Assembly (NCBI GenBank): GCA_018005585.1
Contig: JAGMZX010000010.1
Coordinates: forward strand, 830-64,829
Reading direction: 5' to 3'
DNA length: 64,000 bases
Origin: Candidatus Hydrogenedentota bacterium
GTDB lineage: Bacteria; Hydrogenedentota; Hydrogenedentia; Hydrogenedentales; JAGMZX01
Positions 55,602 to 64,000 of this stretch are shown one piece after another. Made by a program: the position numbers and the translations under genes. The notes beneath the pieces were generated by a model. That model searched no databases. It saw only the letters and a list, made by a program, of their open reading frames with translations, and had not been told where the DNA came from. Each line of letters opens with the position of its first letter. The first letter of the stretch is position 1.

Positions 55602-58600
55602 ATGCGCACGACATGGCAACGAGGGATGTATGAGCCGAGCACGGAGCATGACGCGTGCGGCATTGGTTTCCTGGTGAATATTCGGGGAACGAAGAGCCAC
55701 GGAATTATCGACGACGGCGTGCGCGTATTGGTGAACCTGACGCACCGCGGCGCTTGCGGTTGCGACCCGGAAACGGGCGACGGCTGCGGCATGCTGCTCC
55801 AATTGCCGCACCGGTTCTTTGCGCAGGAGGCATCTGCGCTGGGATTCGACCTGCCGGAACCGGGGGCCTACGGCGTGGGCATGGTGTTTCTGCCGCGGGC
55901 TGCGTCGGCGCGCGCGCAGGCCGAGGCCCTGTTTGCCAAGACGATTGCGGAGAATGGGCAAGAGCTGCTGGGCTGGCGCGATGTCCCACTCGATTCCTCG
56001 AAACTCGGGTGGCTGGCTCGGGAGAACGAGCCCGTGATCCGGCAGGTATTCGTGAAAGGGGCGCGCGGGATTACGCCGGACGCACTCGAGCGCAAGCTGT
56101 TTGTCATTCGCAAGGTCGTTTCTCGGGACATGCGCGGTTCGGGCCTGGACGGCGCGGAGCAATTCTACGTGCCAAGCATGTCGACGCGGACGATAGTCTA
56201 CAAAGGGCTGATGCTGCCCGAAGCATTCCAGGTGTTCTATCTCGACCTGAACAATCCCCTGTTTGAGAGCGCGTTGTGCCTGGTGCACCAGCGCTACAGC
56301 ACGAACACGCTTCCTTCGTGGTCGCTGTGCCATCCGTTCCGGTTTCTGTGCCACAACGGGGAAATCAACACGTTGCGCGGGAACATCAACATGATGCGGT
56401 CGCGCGAGATGGCTTTTAGCAGCCCGCTCTTCGGCGAGGACATCAGCAAGATACGCCCGGTTCTGACGGAGGGGGCGAGCGATTCGGCCATATTCGACAA
56501 CGCATTCGAGGTGCTCGTGCATGGCGGACGTTCGGTCGAGCACGCGATGATGATGATGATCCCGGAGCCTTGGAGCGGCCATGAATCGATGCCGGACCAC
56601 AAGAAGGCGTTCTGCGAGTATCACGCGTGCAAGATGGAGCCGTGGGACGGACCGGCGTCGATCGCGTTTACGGACGGAGTGAAGGTGGGCGCGGTGCTCG
56701 ACCGCAACGGACTGCGTCCTTCGCGGTATTGGGTCACCAACGACGACCGCGTGATCATGGCGTCCGAAGTGGGTGTGCTGGACCTGCCCCAGAGCCGGAT
56801 CGTGAAGAAAGGGCGTCTCGAGCCCGGGCGCATGTTTCTGATCAACACGGCCGAGCAGCGCATCGTCGATGATGAAGAGATTAAGGAGACGCTGTCGCGG
56901 CGGCAGCCGTATCGGACGTGGCTGAACAAATACCGGACGATTCTTCTCAAGAATGTGCCGGATAAACAGCCGATCACCGAGTCCGCCCCGCTTTTCGAGC
57001 GGCAGATCATATTCGGGTACACGCAGGAAGACCTCGAACTGCTCGTCACGCCGATGGCGAAAGAGGGGAAGGAGCCGGTCGGCTCGATGGGCAATGACAC
57101 CGCGCTTGCGGTGCTGTCGCCGCGCCCGCAACTGCTTTACAGCTACTTCAAGCAACTGTTCGCGCAAGTGACGAATCCGCCTATTGATCCGATTCGCGAG
57201 GAGATCGTGATGTCCCTCGAAACGGACATCGGCCGCGAGTGGAACCTGCTCGACGAAGCGCCGGAGCATTGCGAACAACTGCACCTCTATTCGCCCATTC
57301 TCAGAAACGGTGAGTTGGCGAACCTGCGCCGGGTGATCAAGCCGGGGTTTCACACCGCAACCATCTCGACGCTTTTCCCTGTCGAGGCGGGCGAGAAGGG
57401 CTTGTCGCGTGCGGTCGACCGCATCTGCCGCGAGGCGGAAATGGCCGTGGAGCGCGGCGAGACGTTCCTCATCCTTTCGGACCGCGGCGCAGGGCCGCAG
57501 TGGGCGCCGATACCCGCGCTGCTGGCGTGCGGCGCGGTGCACGAGCATCTGGTCGCGGTGCGCAAACGTTCGCAATGCGGGCTCATCGTCGAAAGCGGCG
57601 AACCGCGCGAAGTCATGCATTTCGCGCTCTTGTCGGGGTACGGCGCCAGCGCGATCAACCCTTACATGGTCTTCGAGATCATTGCGGACCTTCTGCGCCG
57701 CGAGGTCATTACGGAGGAACAGCGCGGCCATGCCGAACACAACTTCATCAAGGCGATAGAGAAAGGACTGCTCAAGGTGATGTCGAAAATCGGCATCTCC
57801 ACGTTGCAGAGCTATCATGGCGCGCAGATTTTCGAGGCCATCGGCCTCGGCGAGGACCTGATTGACCGCTGCTTCTCCGGCACGCCGTCGCGCATCGGCG
57901 GCATCGGTATCCGCGAAGTGGCGAAGGAAACACTGATGCGCCACGCCATTGCGTATCCGCCGAAGCCGTCGCGCCGGCGCGAACTCGACCCGGGCGGCCA
58001 CTACCGGTGGCGGCAGCGGGGCGAATTCCATCAGTGGAATCCGGATACGGTCGCGTTGCTGCAGAAGGCCGCGCGCGCGAATCGGTGGGACACGTTCCAG
58101 CAGTTTTCGGAGACGGTGAACAGCCGCAACCGCACGCTGGCAACGCCGCGCGGGTTGCTCAAATTCAAGCAAGGGAACCCGGTTCCGCTTGACGAGGTGG
58201 AGCCCGCGAGCGAGATTGTGAAGCGGTTCTGCACCGGCGCCATGTCGTTCGGCTCCATCAGCAGGGAAGCGCACGAGACGCTGGCCATCGCGATGAACCG
58301 GATAGGCGGGCGCTCGAACACCGGCGAAGGCGGCGAAGACCCGCGCCGGTTCGAGCCGGACACGAACGGCGACTTGCGCCGCAGCGCGATCAAGCAGGTG
58401 GCATCGGGCCGTTTCGGCGTGACAAACGAGTACCTCGTGAACGCCGACGAACTGCAAATCAAGATGGCGCAAGGCGCGAAGCCGGGCGAGGGCGGCCAGT
58501 TGCCCGGGAACAAGGTGTTCCCCGAGATCGCAAAGGTGCGCTACTCGACGCCGGGCGTCGAACTGATCTCGCCGCCGCCGCACCACGACATCTATTCGAT

Positions 58601-60140
58601 CGAGGACCTCGCGCAACTTATTCACGACCTGAAGAACGCGAACGTCAACGCCAAGGTGTCCGTGAAGCTCGTGTCGGAAGTGGGCGTAGGCACGATCGCG
58701 GCGGGCGTATCGAAGGGCAAGGCCGACCTGGTGCTGATCAGCGGCCACGACGGCGGCACGGGGGCATCGCCCGTCTCGTCCATCAAACACGCGGGCCTGC
58801 CGTGGGAACTCGGTCTGGCCGAGACGCACCAAGTGCTGGTGCAGAACAACCTGCGCGACCGGATCCGCGTACAGACGGATGGCCAATTGAAGACGGGGCG
58901 CGACGTGGCGGTCGCGGCAATGCTCGGCGCGGACGAATTTGGTTTTGCCACGGCTCCTCTTGTGGTGAGCGGCTGCATCATGATGCGGAAGTGTCATTTG
59001 AACACCTGCCCGGTCGGCGTGGCCACGCAGGATGCCGAATTGCGCAAGAAATTCACGGGCAAGCCCGAGTATGTCGTGAATTACTTCTTCTTCGTCGCGG
59101 AAGAAGTCCGCCAGATCATGGCGCGGCTGGGCTTCCGCACCATGAACGAGATGATCGGCCGGGCAGACATGCTCGAGTTCGACCCGCTGCCCGAACACTG
59201 GAAGGCGAAGTACCTTGACTTTTCGCGCATCCTGTCCGCGGCAAAGCCCTGGCCCGGCGCGACCCTGTATCAGAGCAAGACCCAAGACCACGGGCTGGAC
59301 GGGGCGCTGGACTATGAATTAATGGAGAAAGCGAGGCCCGCGCTCGAGCGCAAGGAGCCGGTCCGGTTTTCCGTAACGATACGCAATGTGCACCGCACGG
59401 TGGGCACGATGCTGTCCAGCGAACTGACGCGGCGGCACAAACTGGGCATGTACACAGGTTCCCTGCCCGAGGACACGGTCTGGATCGACTGCGAAGGGCA
59501 GGCAGGTCAGAGTTTCGGCGCGTTTGCGATCCGGGGCGTGACATTGAGCGTGTCCGGTGAGGCGAACGACTACTGCGGCAAGGGCTTGTCGGGCGGAAAG
59601 ATTATCTTGCGGCCGCCGGCGGATTGCCCCATCGTTCCGGAAGAAAACATCATTGTGGGGAACGTGGCGTTGTACGGCGCCACCGGCGGCGAGGCGTATT
59701 TCCGCGGCATGGCGGGCGAGCGGTTCTGTGTTCGCAACAGCGGCGCCTGGGCAGTCGTCGAAGGGGTCGGCGATCACGGCTGCGAGTACATGACAGGCGG
59801 GCGCGCGGTGGTGATCGGCGGAACCGGCCGCAATTTCGCGGCGGGCATGAGCGGTGGTATCGCGTTTGTGTACGACAAGGCCGGTGACTTCGAACGGCGC
59901 GTCAACAAGCAGATGGTGGACCTGAAGCCGCTGCACGAGCGGAGCGTGCCCGAGTTGCGCTACCTGTTGGAGCGGCACGCGGAATATACGGGAAGCACCG
60001 TTGCCAGGAACCTGCTGAAAGAATGGGAACGTTCCCTGAAGCGGTTTGTCCGTGTTATTCCGAAGGACTACGCGCGGGTGCTGCGGGAAGCAGGGCAGCG
60101 TGACCAAGCGCGCGAGGAGATGACGCATGTTTCCCGATAA
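55602..60140 (+). CDS. gltB: glutamate synthase (NADPH) large subunit
   Basis: The amidotransferase N-terminus ([11 protein letters not shown]) is followed by the central, FMN/Fe-S (..GGTGASP..) and C-terminal GXGXG domains. The start is set at [23 protein letters not shown]. The track ORF starts at 55422. Confidence 0.95.
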   Translation: MRTTWQRGMYEPSTEHDACGIGFLVNIRGTKSHGIIDDGVRVLVNLTHRGACGCDPETGDGCGMLLQLPHRFFAQEASALGFDLPEPGAYGVGMVFLPRAASARAQAEALFAKTIAENGQELLGWRDVPLDSSKLGWLARENEPVIRQVFVKGARGITPDALERKLFVIRKVVSRDMRGSGLDGAEQFYVPSMSTRTIVYKGLMLPEAFQVFYLDLNNPLFESALCLVHQRYSTNTLPSWSLCHPFRFLCHNGEINTLRGNINMMRSREMAFSSPLFGEDISKIRPVLTEGASDSAIFDNAFEVLVHGGRSVEHAMMMMIPEPWSGHESMPDHKKAFCEYHACKMEPWDGPASIAFTDGVKVGAVLDRNGLRPSRYWVTNDDRVIMASEVGVLDLPQSRIVKKGRLEPGRMFLINTAEQRIVDDEEIKETLSRRQPYRTWLNKYRTILLKNVPDKQPITESAPLFERQIIFGYTQEDLELLVTPMAKEGKEPVGSMGNDTALAVLSPRPQLLYSYFKQLFAQVTNPPIDPIREEIVMSLETDIGREWNLLDEAPEHCEQLHLYSPILRNGELANLRRVIKPGFHTATISTLFPVEAGEKGLSRAVDRICREAEMAVERGETFLILSDRGAGPQWAPIPALLACGAVHEHLVAVRKRSQCGLIVESGEPREVMHFALLSGYGASAINPYMVFEIIADLLRREVITEEQRGHAEHNFIKAIEKGLLKVMSKIGISTLQSYHGAQIFEAIGLGEDLIDRCFSGTPSRIGGIGIREVAKETLMRHAIAYPPKPSRRRELDPGGHYRWRQRGEFHQWNPDTVALLQKAARANRWDTFQQFSETVNSRNRTLATPRGLLKFKQGNPVPLDEVEPASEIVKRFCTGAMSFGSISREAHETLAIAMNRIGGRSNTGEGGEDPRRFEPDTNGDLRRSAIKQVASGRFGVTNEYLVNADELQIKMAQGAKPGEGGQLPGNKVFPEIAKVRYSTPGVELISPPPHHDIYSIEDLAQLIHDLKNANVNAKVSVKLVSEVGVGTIAAGVSKGKADLVLISGHDGGTGASPVSSIKHAGLPWELGLAETHQVLVQNNLRDRIRVQTDGQLKTGRDVAVAAMLGADEFGFATAPLVVSGCIMMRKCHLNTCPVGVATQDAELRKKFTGKPEYVVNYFFFVAEEVRQIMARLGFRTMNEMIGRADMLEFDPLPEHWKAKYLDFSRILSAAKPWPGATLYQSKTQDHGLDGALDYELMEKARPALERKEPVRFSVTIRNVHRTVGTMLSSELTRRHKLGMYTGSLPEDTVWIDCEGQAGQSFGAFAIRGVTLSVSGEANDYCGKGLSGGKIILRPPADCPIVPEENIIVGNVALYGATGGEAYFRGMAGERFCVRNSGAWAVVEGVGDHGCEYMTGGRAVVIGGTGRNFAAGMSGGIAFVYDKAGDFERRVNKQMVDLKPLHERSVPELRYLLERHAEYTGSTVARNLLKEWERSLKRFVRVIPKDYARVLREAGQRDQAREEMTHVSR

Positions 60141-61635
60141 AGCCCGTGCGTTTCTGACGTTCAACCGCGAATTGGCCCCCCATGAGCCGCCGGAAGAACG
60201 CTTGCGTCATTATCAGGAATTCACCCGTTCGCTGCCCGGAGAGAAGGTCCGGCAACAGGCGTACCGGTGCATGAATTGCGGGGTGCCGTTCTGCCACGGC
60301 GGCTGTCCGCTCGGAAATCAGATTCCCGATTTCAATGAGCGCGTAAAGGACGATGACTGGGCGGAAGCGCTGCGCATCCTGCATTCGACGAACAATTTCC
60401 CCGAGTTCACGGGGCGCGTGTGCCCGGCGCCCTGCGAAGGGTCGTGCGTGCTGGGCATCAACGAACCGCCAGTGGCCATCGAGATGCTCGAACGGGAGAT
60501 AGCAGACCGCGGCTGGGCCGAGGGCTGGATCCGCCCGGAAACGCCCGCGGCTCGAACGGGCAAGCGTGTAGCCATTATCGGCTCGGGCCCGTCGGGCCTC
60601 GCCGCGGCGCAGCAGTTGAATCGCGCGGGGCATACCGTGACCGTCTATGAGCGCGATGATGAACCCGGCGGCCTGCTCACGTACGGGATTCCGGCGTTCA
60701 AGCTCGACAAGGGCCTGGTCATGCGGCGGATACAACAGATCCGTGACGAAGGCGTCGAGTTCCGCTGCAACGTGTGGGTCGGCAAGAACGTGCCCGTGGA
60801 CGAACTGGAGGCGTATGACGCAGTGCTGATCGCCGCCGGCTCAACGAAAGCGCGCACGTTCGAGGGCATGGGCATTCCCGGCTCGCACCTGAAGGGCATT
60901 CACCTGGCAATGGACTTTCTACCGCAACAGACACGGCGTTTGCTGGGTAAGCCGGTCGAGGGCGAGGACATCCTCGCGACGGGCAAGAGCGTAATCGTAA
61001 TTGGCGGCGGCGATACGGGGTCGGACTGTGTCGGGACCAGCCTGCGCCAAGGCTGCAAATCGCTGGTGAACATCGAGTTGTTGCCCCGGCCGCCACTGGC
61101 GCGCGCGGCGGATAATCCCTGGCCGGAATGGCCGTTCGTGTACCGCACGTCGACGAGCCACGAAGAGGGCGGAGAACGGGACTTCTGCATCCTCACGAAG
61201 AAGTTCGAGGACGACGGCAATGGCAACGTGGCCGCGCTGCATGCAGTGCGCATTAAATGGAGTGACCCGGACCCAGCAGGCAGGCGCGCCATGACCGAAA
61301 TTCCCGGCAGCGAACTGCGAATTCCCGCGGAACTGGTCCTGATCGCCATGGGTTTCACGCAACCCGAAACAGACACGTTTATCGCAGACATGGGCCTGGA
61401 ACTGCAGAAGAACCGGTTCGGGCAAGCCGTCAAGGCTGACGACCAGCGGTACATGACCAGCCGCGAGGGCATATTTGCGTGCGGCGACGCGCGCCGGGGT
61501 CAATCGCTGGTCGTGTGGGCAATTTCGGAAGGCCGCGAGGCCGCGCGGGCGATTGACCTGTACCTCACGGGCTGCAGCGACCTGCCCGGCAAGGCCTCGT
61601 TCGGCTACGACACGCTGGCGCCGCGCGTCTCGTAG
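60127..61635 (+). CDS. gltD: glutamate synthase (NADPH) small subunit
   Basis: An Fe-S cysteine cluster is present ([20 protein letters not shown]; CPAPCEGSC). An FAD/NAD Rossmann motif is present ([14 protein letters not shown]). It overlaps the gltB stop. Confidence 0.95.
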   Translation: MFPDKARAFLTFNRELAPHEPPEERLRHYQEFTRSLPGEKVRQQAYRCMNCGVPFCHGGCPLGNQIPDFNERVKDDDWAEALRILHSTNNFPEFTGRVCPAPCEGSCVLGINEPPVAIEMLEREIADRGWAEGWIRPETPAARTGKRVAIIGSGPSGLAAAQQLNRAGHTVTVYERDDEPGGLLTYGIPAFKLDKGLVMRRIQQIRDEGVEFRCNVWVGKNVPVDELEAYDAVLIAAGSTKARTFEGMGIPGSHLKGIHLAMDFLPQQTRRLLGKPVEGEDILATGKSVIVIGGGDTGSDCVGTSLRQGCKSLVNIELLPRPPLARAADNPWPEWPFVYRTSTSHEEGGERDFCILTKKFEDDGNGNVAALHAVRIKWSDPDPAGRRAMTEIPGSELRIPAELVLIAMGFTQPETDTFIADMGLELQKNRFGQAVKADDQRYMTSREGIFACGDARRGQSLVVWAISEGREAARAIDLYLTGCSDLPGKASFGYDTLAPRVS

Positions 61636-61641
61636 ATGCGG

Positions 61642-61884
61642 CTACCGCGGTGGCGCGACAAGCACCCGATAGAATTCCGCCTCGTGATCGGATAGTTGCC
61701 GCTCGCGGATGAGTGTTTCGATGCGTCCGATATCCACATCGCGCGGCACGCCCGCCGCGCCCAGTCCCTTTGCATCGCCTTGCCTCTCCGCAGGAATGGC
61801 AGGCCGCCAGACCAGCGCTGCGAAGACCAGCGCTACGATGCACACCACTGCGATATAGAGTGCGTCATTTGTTTTCATGAACAT
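61642..61884 (-). CDS. small membrane-anchored hypothetical protein
   Basis: 80 aa: MFMKTNDALYIAVVCIVALVFAALVWRPAIPAE... It lies immediately downstream of and overlaps the NosR-like gene by about 10 nt. The track ORF extends upstream in the frame of the neighbouring gene. Confidence 0.4.
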   Translation of the reverse strand: MFMKTNDALYIAVVCIVALVFAALVWRPAIPAERQGDAKGLGAAGVPRDVDIGRIETLIRERQLSDHEAEFYRVLVAPPR

Positions 61885-63983
61885 TTGCTTTCGGGAACGC
61901 ACCTGTCGCAACGGATACAATCCAGTTCCCCCGCATGGCGCAGGCCCAAGTCGCAGCGCGCAGGATACGTGGGCGGACTCAACTTGCGCAACAGGCGCGG
62001 CCGGTTCAGCAGCGCCAGAAACGCGCCGGCCGGACACAGGTTGCGGCACCAGAACCGGCGATACGGGAACGAGAGCGCGAGCAGAATACCTCCGGACAGA
62101 AGGGTAAAGCGGTCCTTCAAAACACTGAAGACCGTCGTCAGGGGGTCCGCGTCCAGGAGCGAAAAATCGCGCGACAGCGCGAAGCGCAGCACCAGCAAGA
62201 AGAGCAAGAGATACTTGACCGCGCGCCCGTATCGCCACGCCTGCTTGCCCGGGTCGGTGGCGACCCGCCGGGGCCGCAGGTCGCCGACCAGCTCCTGCAA
62301 TGCGCCAAAGGGGCACAGGTAGCCGCAATAGACGTTTCCCCACAGGAGCGTGCAGCACGGAACCAGCGCCACCATGAAAAAGGCGCCGCTCATACCCGGT
62401 TGTGGAAACGCTCCCGCGAGCGCCGACAGCACGTGATGGGAGGAGTATTGCAGGTTGAGATACAGTCCAAGCACCGCAACAACGGCCAAAAGGAAGACAC
62501 GCCTGCGCCACCGGCCCGGGAAGAAGCGCAGGAACAGCGCTCCGCCCGTGAACGCCGCCAGCCAGGCGAAATGGGCGTCAAACCATGGCGTGGCATGGGC
62601 AGATACCGCGAGTTCCGCGTGAAACAGCGGCCCGAGTTCCTTGGCGGAGACCTCGATAGTGCGCAATATCGCCTGCGACGTGACAGTCGCACCGCTGACA
62701 CCGTCAATCTGCGCGAATGGCTCGCCGCCGAGCACGTGGATTCCGCGAAGCCCGTCCAGCCATTGCGTGGTCATGGCGAGATAGGCGGGTGTTTCCCGCG
62801 ACGCCACGACGCGCACGCCTCGCAGCACGCCCCGGGCATCGATTGCGACGGCCAGCGTGATGGTCCCTGCGAAACCCACGACCTCCGGCGCTAGGTCCGC
62901 GCTGTTGAAGACGGAAACGGGGCTCTCCTCGGGGGGCGCCGATCCTGGCGCGCGGTAACAGGCAATCGTTCTGCCGCCCGGCAACGTCAGGTTCTCAGTC
63001 TGCACTTCCGGCACGCCGAGCAGCGCGCGGGCGGCGTTCTCGAAGACTTCACGCGCATCGCCGGGCATGGCCGCGGCGATCACGTTGGATGCGAGCATGG
63101 CGAACAGGCCCGCGCCGAAGAGGACGTATCCAAGCGGGCGCTGCCGCCGGTCGAAGGCGTCCGGCTCGGTCCGGGCGCGCCGGTAGCAGCGTATCCCCCC
63201 GATATTTGCCGCCAGGAACAGCGCCAGGAGAGCCAAGGCCGTCGCGGCGCCGAACAGCGGCAGAAGCACCAGACCCGTAACCAAGGCGCCGCCCGCGGCG
63301 CCGGCGTGGTCGAGCGCTTCGAGGCGCGCGCCCGTGGGCGCTTCCGCCGCGCCATGTTGCCGCATGCGCCACGACACGAGCGGAAAGTAAAAGCCCGTGA
63401 GCGCGCCCGCACCGGCGAAACACGCGGCAAACGCCGCCAGACCGCCGGCGCGCACGGTTCCAGCCACGGCACAGAGAAGGGCAAGGTGCGCGAGCAGCGC
63501 CCCCGGCGCGAGCAACACCGGTTCCCGGCCCCTCCCCGCGAGGAACCGCTCCCCCGCCGCGCTTCCGGCGAACGCGCCGAGCATGAACAGCGCGGACAAG
63601 AGGCCGATGTGCAGATACAACGACCCGAAGACCGATTGGAACGCAAAGAGCAGCACCACGCTCAGCGCCATGCCGACCCAGCCCGCGGAGAACAGGAGAA
63701 CCCCGCTGTCAAAAAGGCCGGGCAGCGCCGCGTGGCGCCTGCCCCGCGCATAGACGCCGCGCAGAATTGCGTAGATCGCCAGGGCGGCCGCAAGCAGGGT
63801 CGCGCCGCGCGACAGCAGTGCGCGTACGGCCGTGACCGGCGCCGCAAATCCCGCCTGGCGTAACGCAAACAACAGCGTATATGCGAGCGCCTTAGGATGC
63901 GCGTCGGTATTGGCCAGCAGCGCTTCGGGCATGTCTTCAGCGGCGCCGCGATACGCCGTTCGCTGAAACGCGATACGGTCCAT
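61875..63983 (-). CDS. NosR/NirI-like polytopic membrane protein with FMN-binding domain and CxxxCP iron-sulfur motifs
   Basis: 702 aa. There are multiple TM helices. An FMN_bind-type motif (DGVSGATVTSQAILRTIE) is present. The C-terminal TM region carries the Fe-S motifs CGYLCPFGA and CRNLCPAGA, and ends CIRCDRC. The start is near the window edge at 63983. Confidence 0.6.
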   Translation of the reverse strand: MDRIAFQRTAYRGAAEDMPEALLANTDAHPKALAYTLLFALRQAGFAAPVTAVRALLSRGATLLAAALAIYAILRGVYARGRRHAALPGLFDSGVLLFSAGWVGMALSVVLLFAFQSVFGSLYLHIGLLSALFMLGAFAGSAAGERFLAGRGREPVLLAPGALLAHLALLCAVAGTVRAGGLAAFAACFAGAGALTGFYFPLVSWRMRQHGAAEAPTGARLEALDHAGAAGGALVTGLVLLPLFGAATALALLALFLAANIGGIRCYRRARTEPDAFDRRQRPLGYVLFGAGLFAMLASNVIAAAMPGDAREVFENAARALLGVPEVQTENLTLPGGRTIACYRAPGSAPPEESPVSVFNSADLAPEVVGFAGTITLAVAIDARGVLRGVRVVASRETPAYLAMTTQWLDGLRGIHVLGGEPFAQIDGVSGATVTSQAILRTIEVSAKELGPLFHAELAVSAHATPWFDAHFAWLAAFTGGALFLRFFPGRWRRRVFLLAVVAVLGLYLNLQYSSHHVLSALAGAFPQPGMSGAFFMVALVPCCTLLWGNVYCGYLCPFGALQELVGDLRPRRVATDPGKQAWRYGRAVKYLLLFLLVLRFALSRDFSLLDADPLTTVFSVLKDRFTLLSGGILLALSFPYRRFWCRNLCPAGAFLALLNRPRLLRKLSPPTYPARCDLGLRHAGELDCIRCDRCVPESKCS

Positions 63984-64000
63984 GGGATACAGCGCGCGCA

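Noticed and set aside
1-64000. CRISPR arrays, tRNA/rRNA genes, IS elements or integrases
   Set aside because: No regularly spaced direct repeats, no tRNA-like acceptor/T-arm signatures and no transposase or integrase-like ORFs were seen. The only short direct repeat (two 21-bp copies at about 20223 and 20293) lies inside the ankyrin gene and encodes an internal protein repeat.

Overview
This is a high-GC bacterial chromosomal window, dense with genes on both strands. The gene content points to a Planctomycetota-like genome: a DUF1559 prepilin-type protein, sulfatase and fucosidase genes, a DUF6807 PmoA-like protein, and sigma-28 (RNA polymerase sigma factor for flagellar genes). That assignment is inference. 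I found no rRNA, tRNA, CRISPR array, transposase or integrase.

Layout:
- 1-11.7 kb: secreted glycan-degradation locus (TPR protein, two large secreted glycoside-hydrolase-like proteins, PIG-L deacetylase, arylsulfatase, GH29 fucosidase), with an embedded HEPN/MNT toxin-antitoxin pair.
- 11.7-17.2 kb: minus-strand flagellar mini-cluster (fliM, fliY, fliA, two unknowns, fliK-like, flhB-C-like).
- 17.8-23.5 kb: sugar-phosphate isomerase, GT9 glycosyltransferase, a lower-GC ankyrin-repeat gene, and a MerR-family regulator gene overlapping a VIT-vWA (vault inter-alpha-trypsin plus von Willebrand factor type A) protein gene.
- 23.6-29.0 kb: a four-gene multiheme-cytochrome/porin module, divergently arranged. 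A six-heme NapC/NirT-like membrane cytochrome sits on the minus strand. A six-heme lipoprotein cytochrome, an outer-membrane beta-barrel and a 14-heme lipoprotein cytochrome sit on the plus strand. I rank this putative extracellular electron-transfer (EET) conduit as the most interesting item.
- 29-64 kb: PP2C phosphatase, multi-PAS hybrid histidine kinase, cstA, sixA, yjbQ, URO-D-like gene, DUF4258/YgiT-zinc-finger toxin-antitoxin pair, nikR with a palindromic operator-like site facing a DUF1559 gene, enolase-superfamily enzyme, DUF6807, ceramidase-like gene, pepA, a large PQQ-propeller/methyltransferase fusion, MFS transporter, GH36 alpha-galactosidase, DUF1330, gltBD, and a NosR-like FMN/Fe-S membrane protein.

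Many long ORFs in the track are antisense or alternate-frame shadows of real genes, typical of high-GC DNA, and were not called. Start codons are partly inferred from ribosome-binding sites and signal peptides and are less certain than stops.
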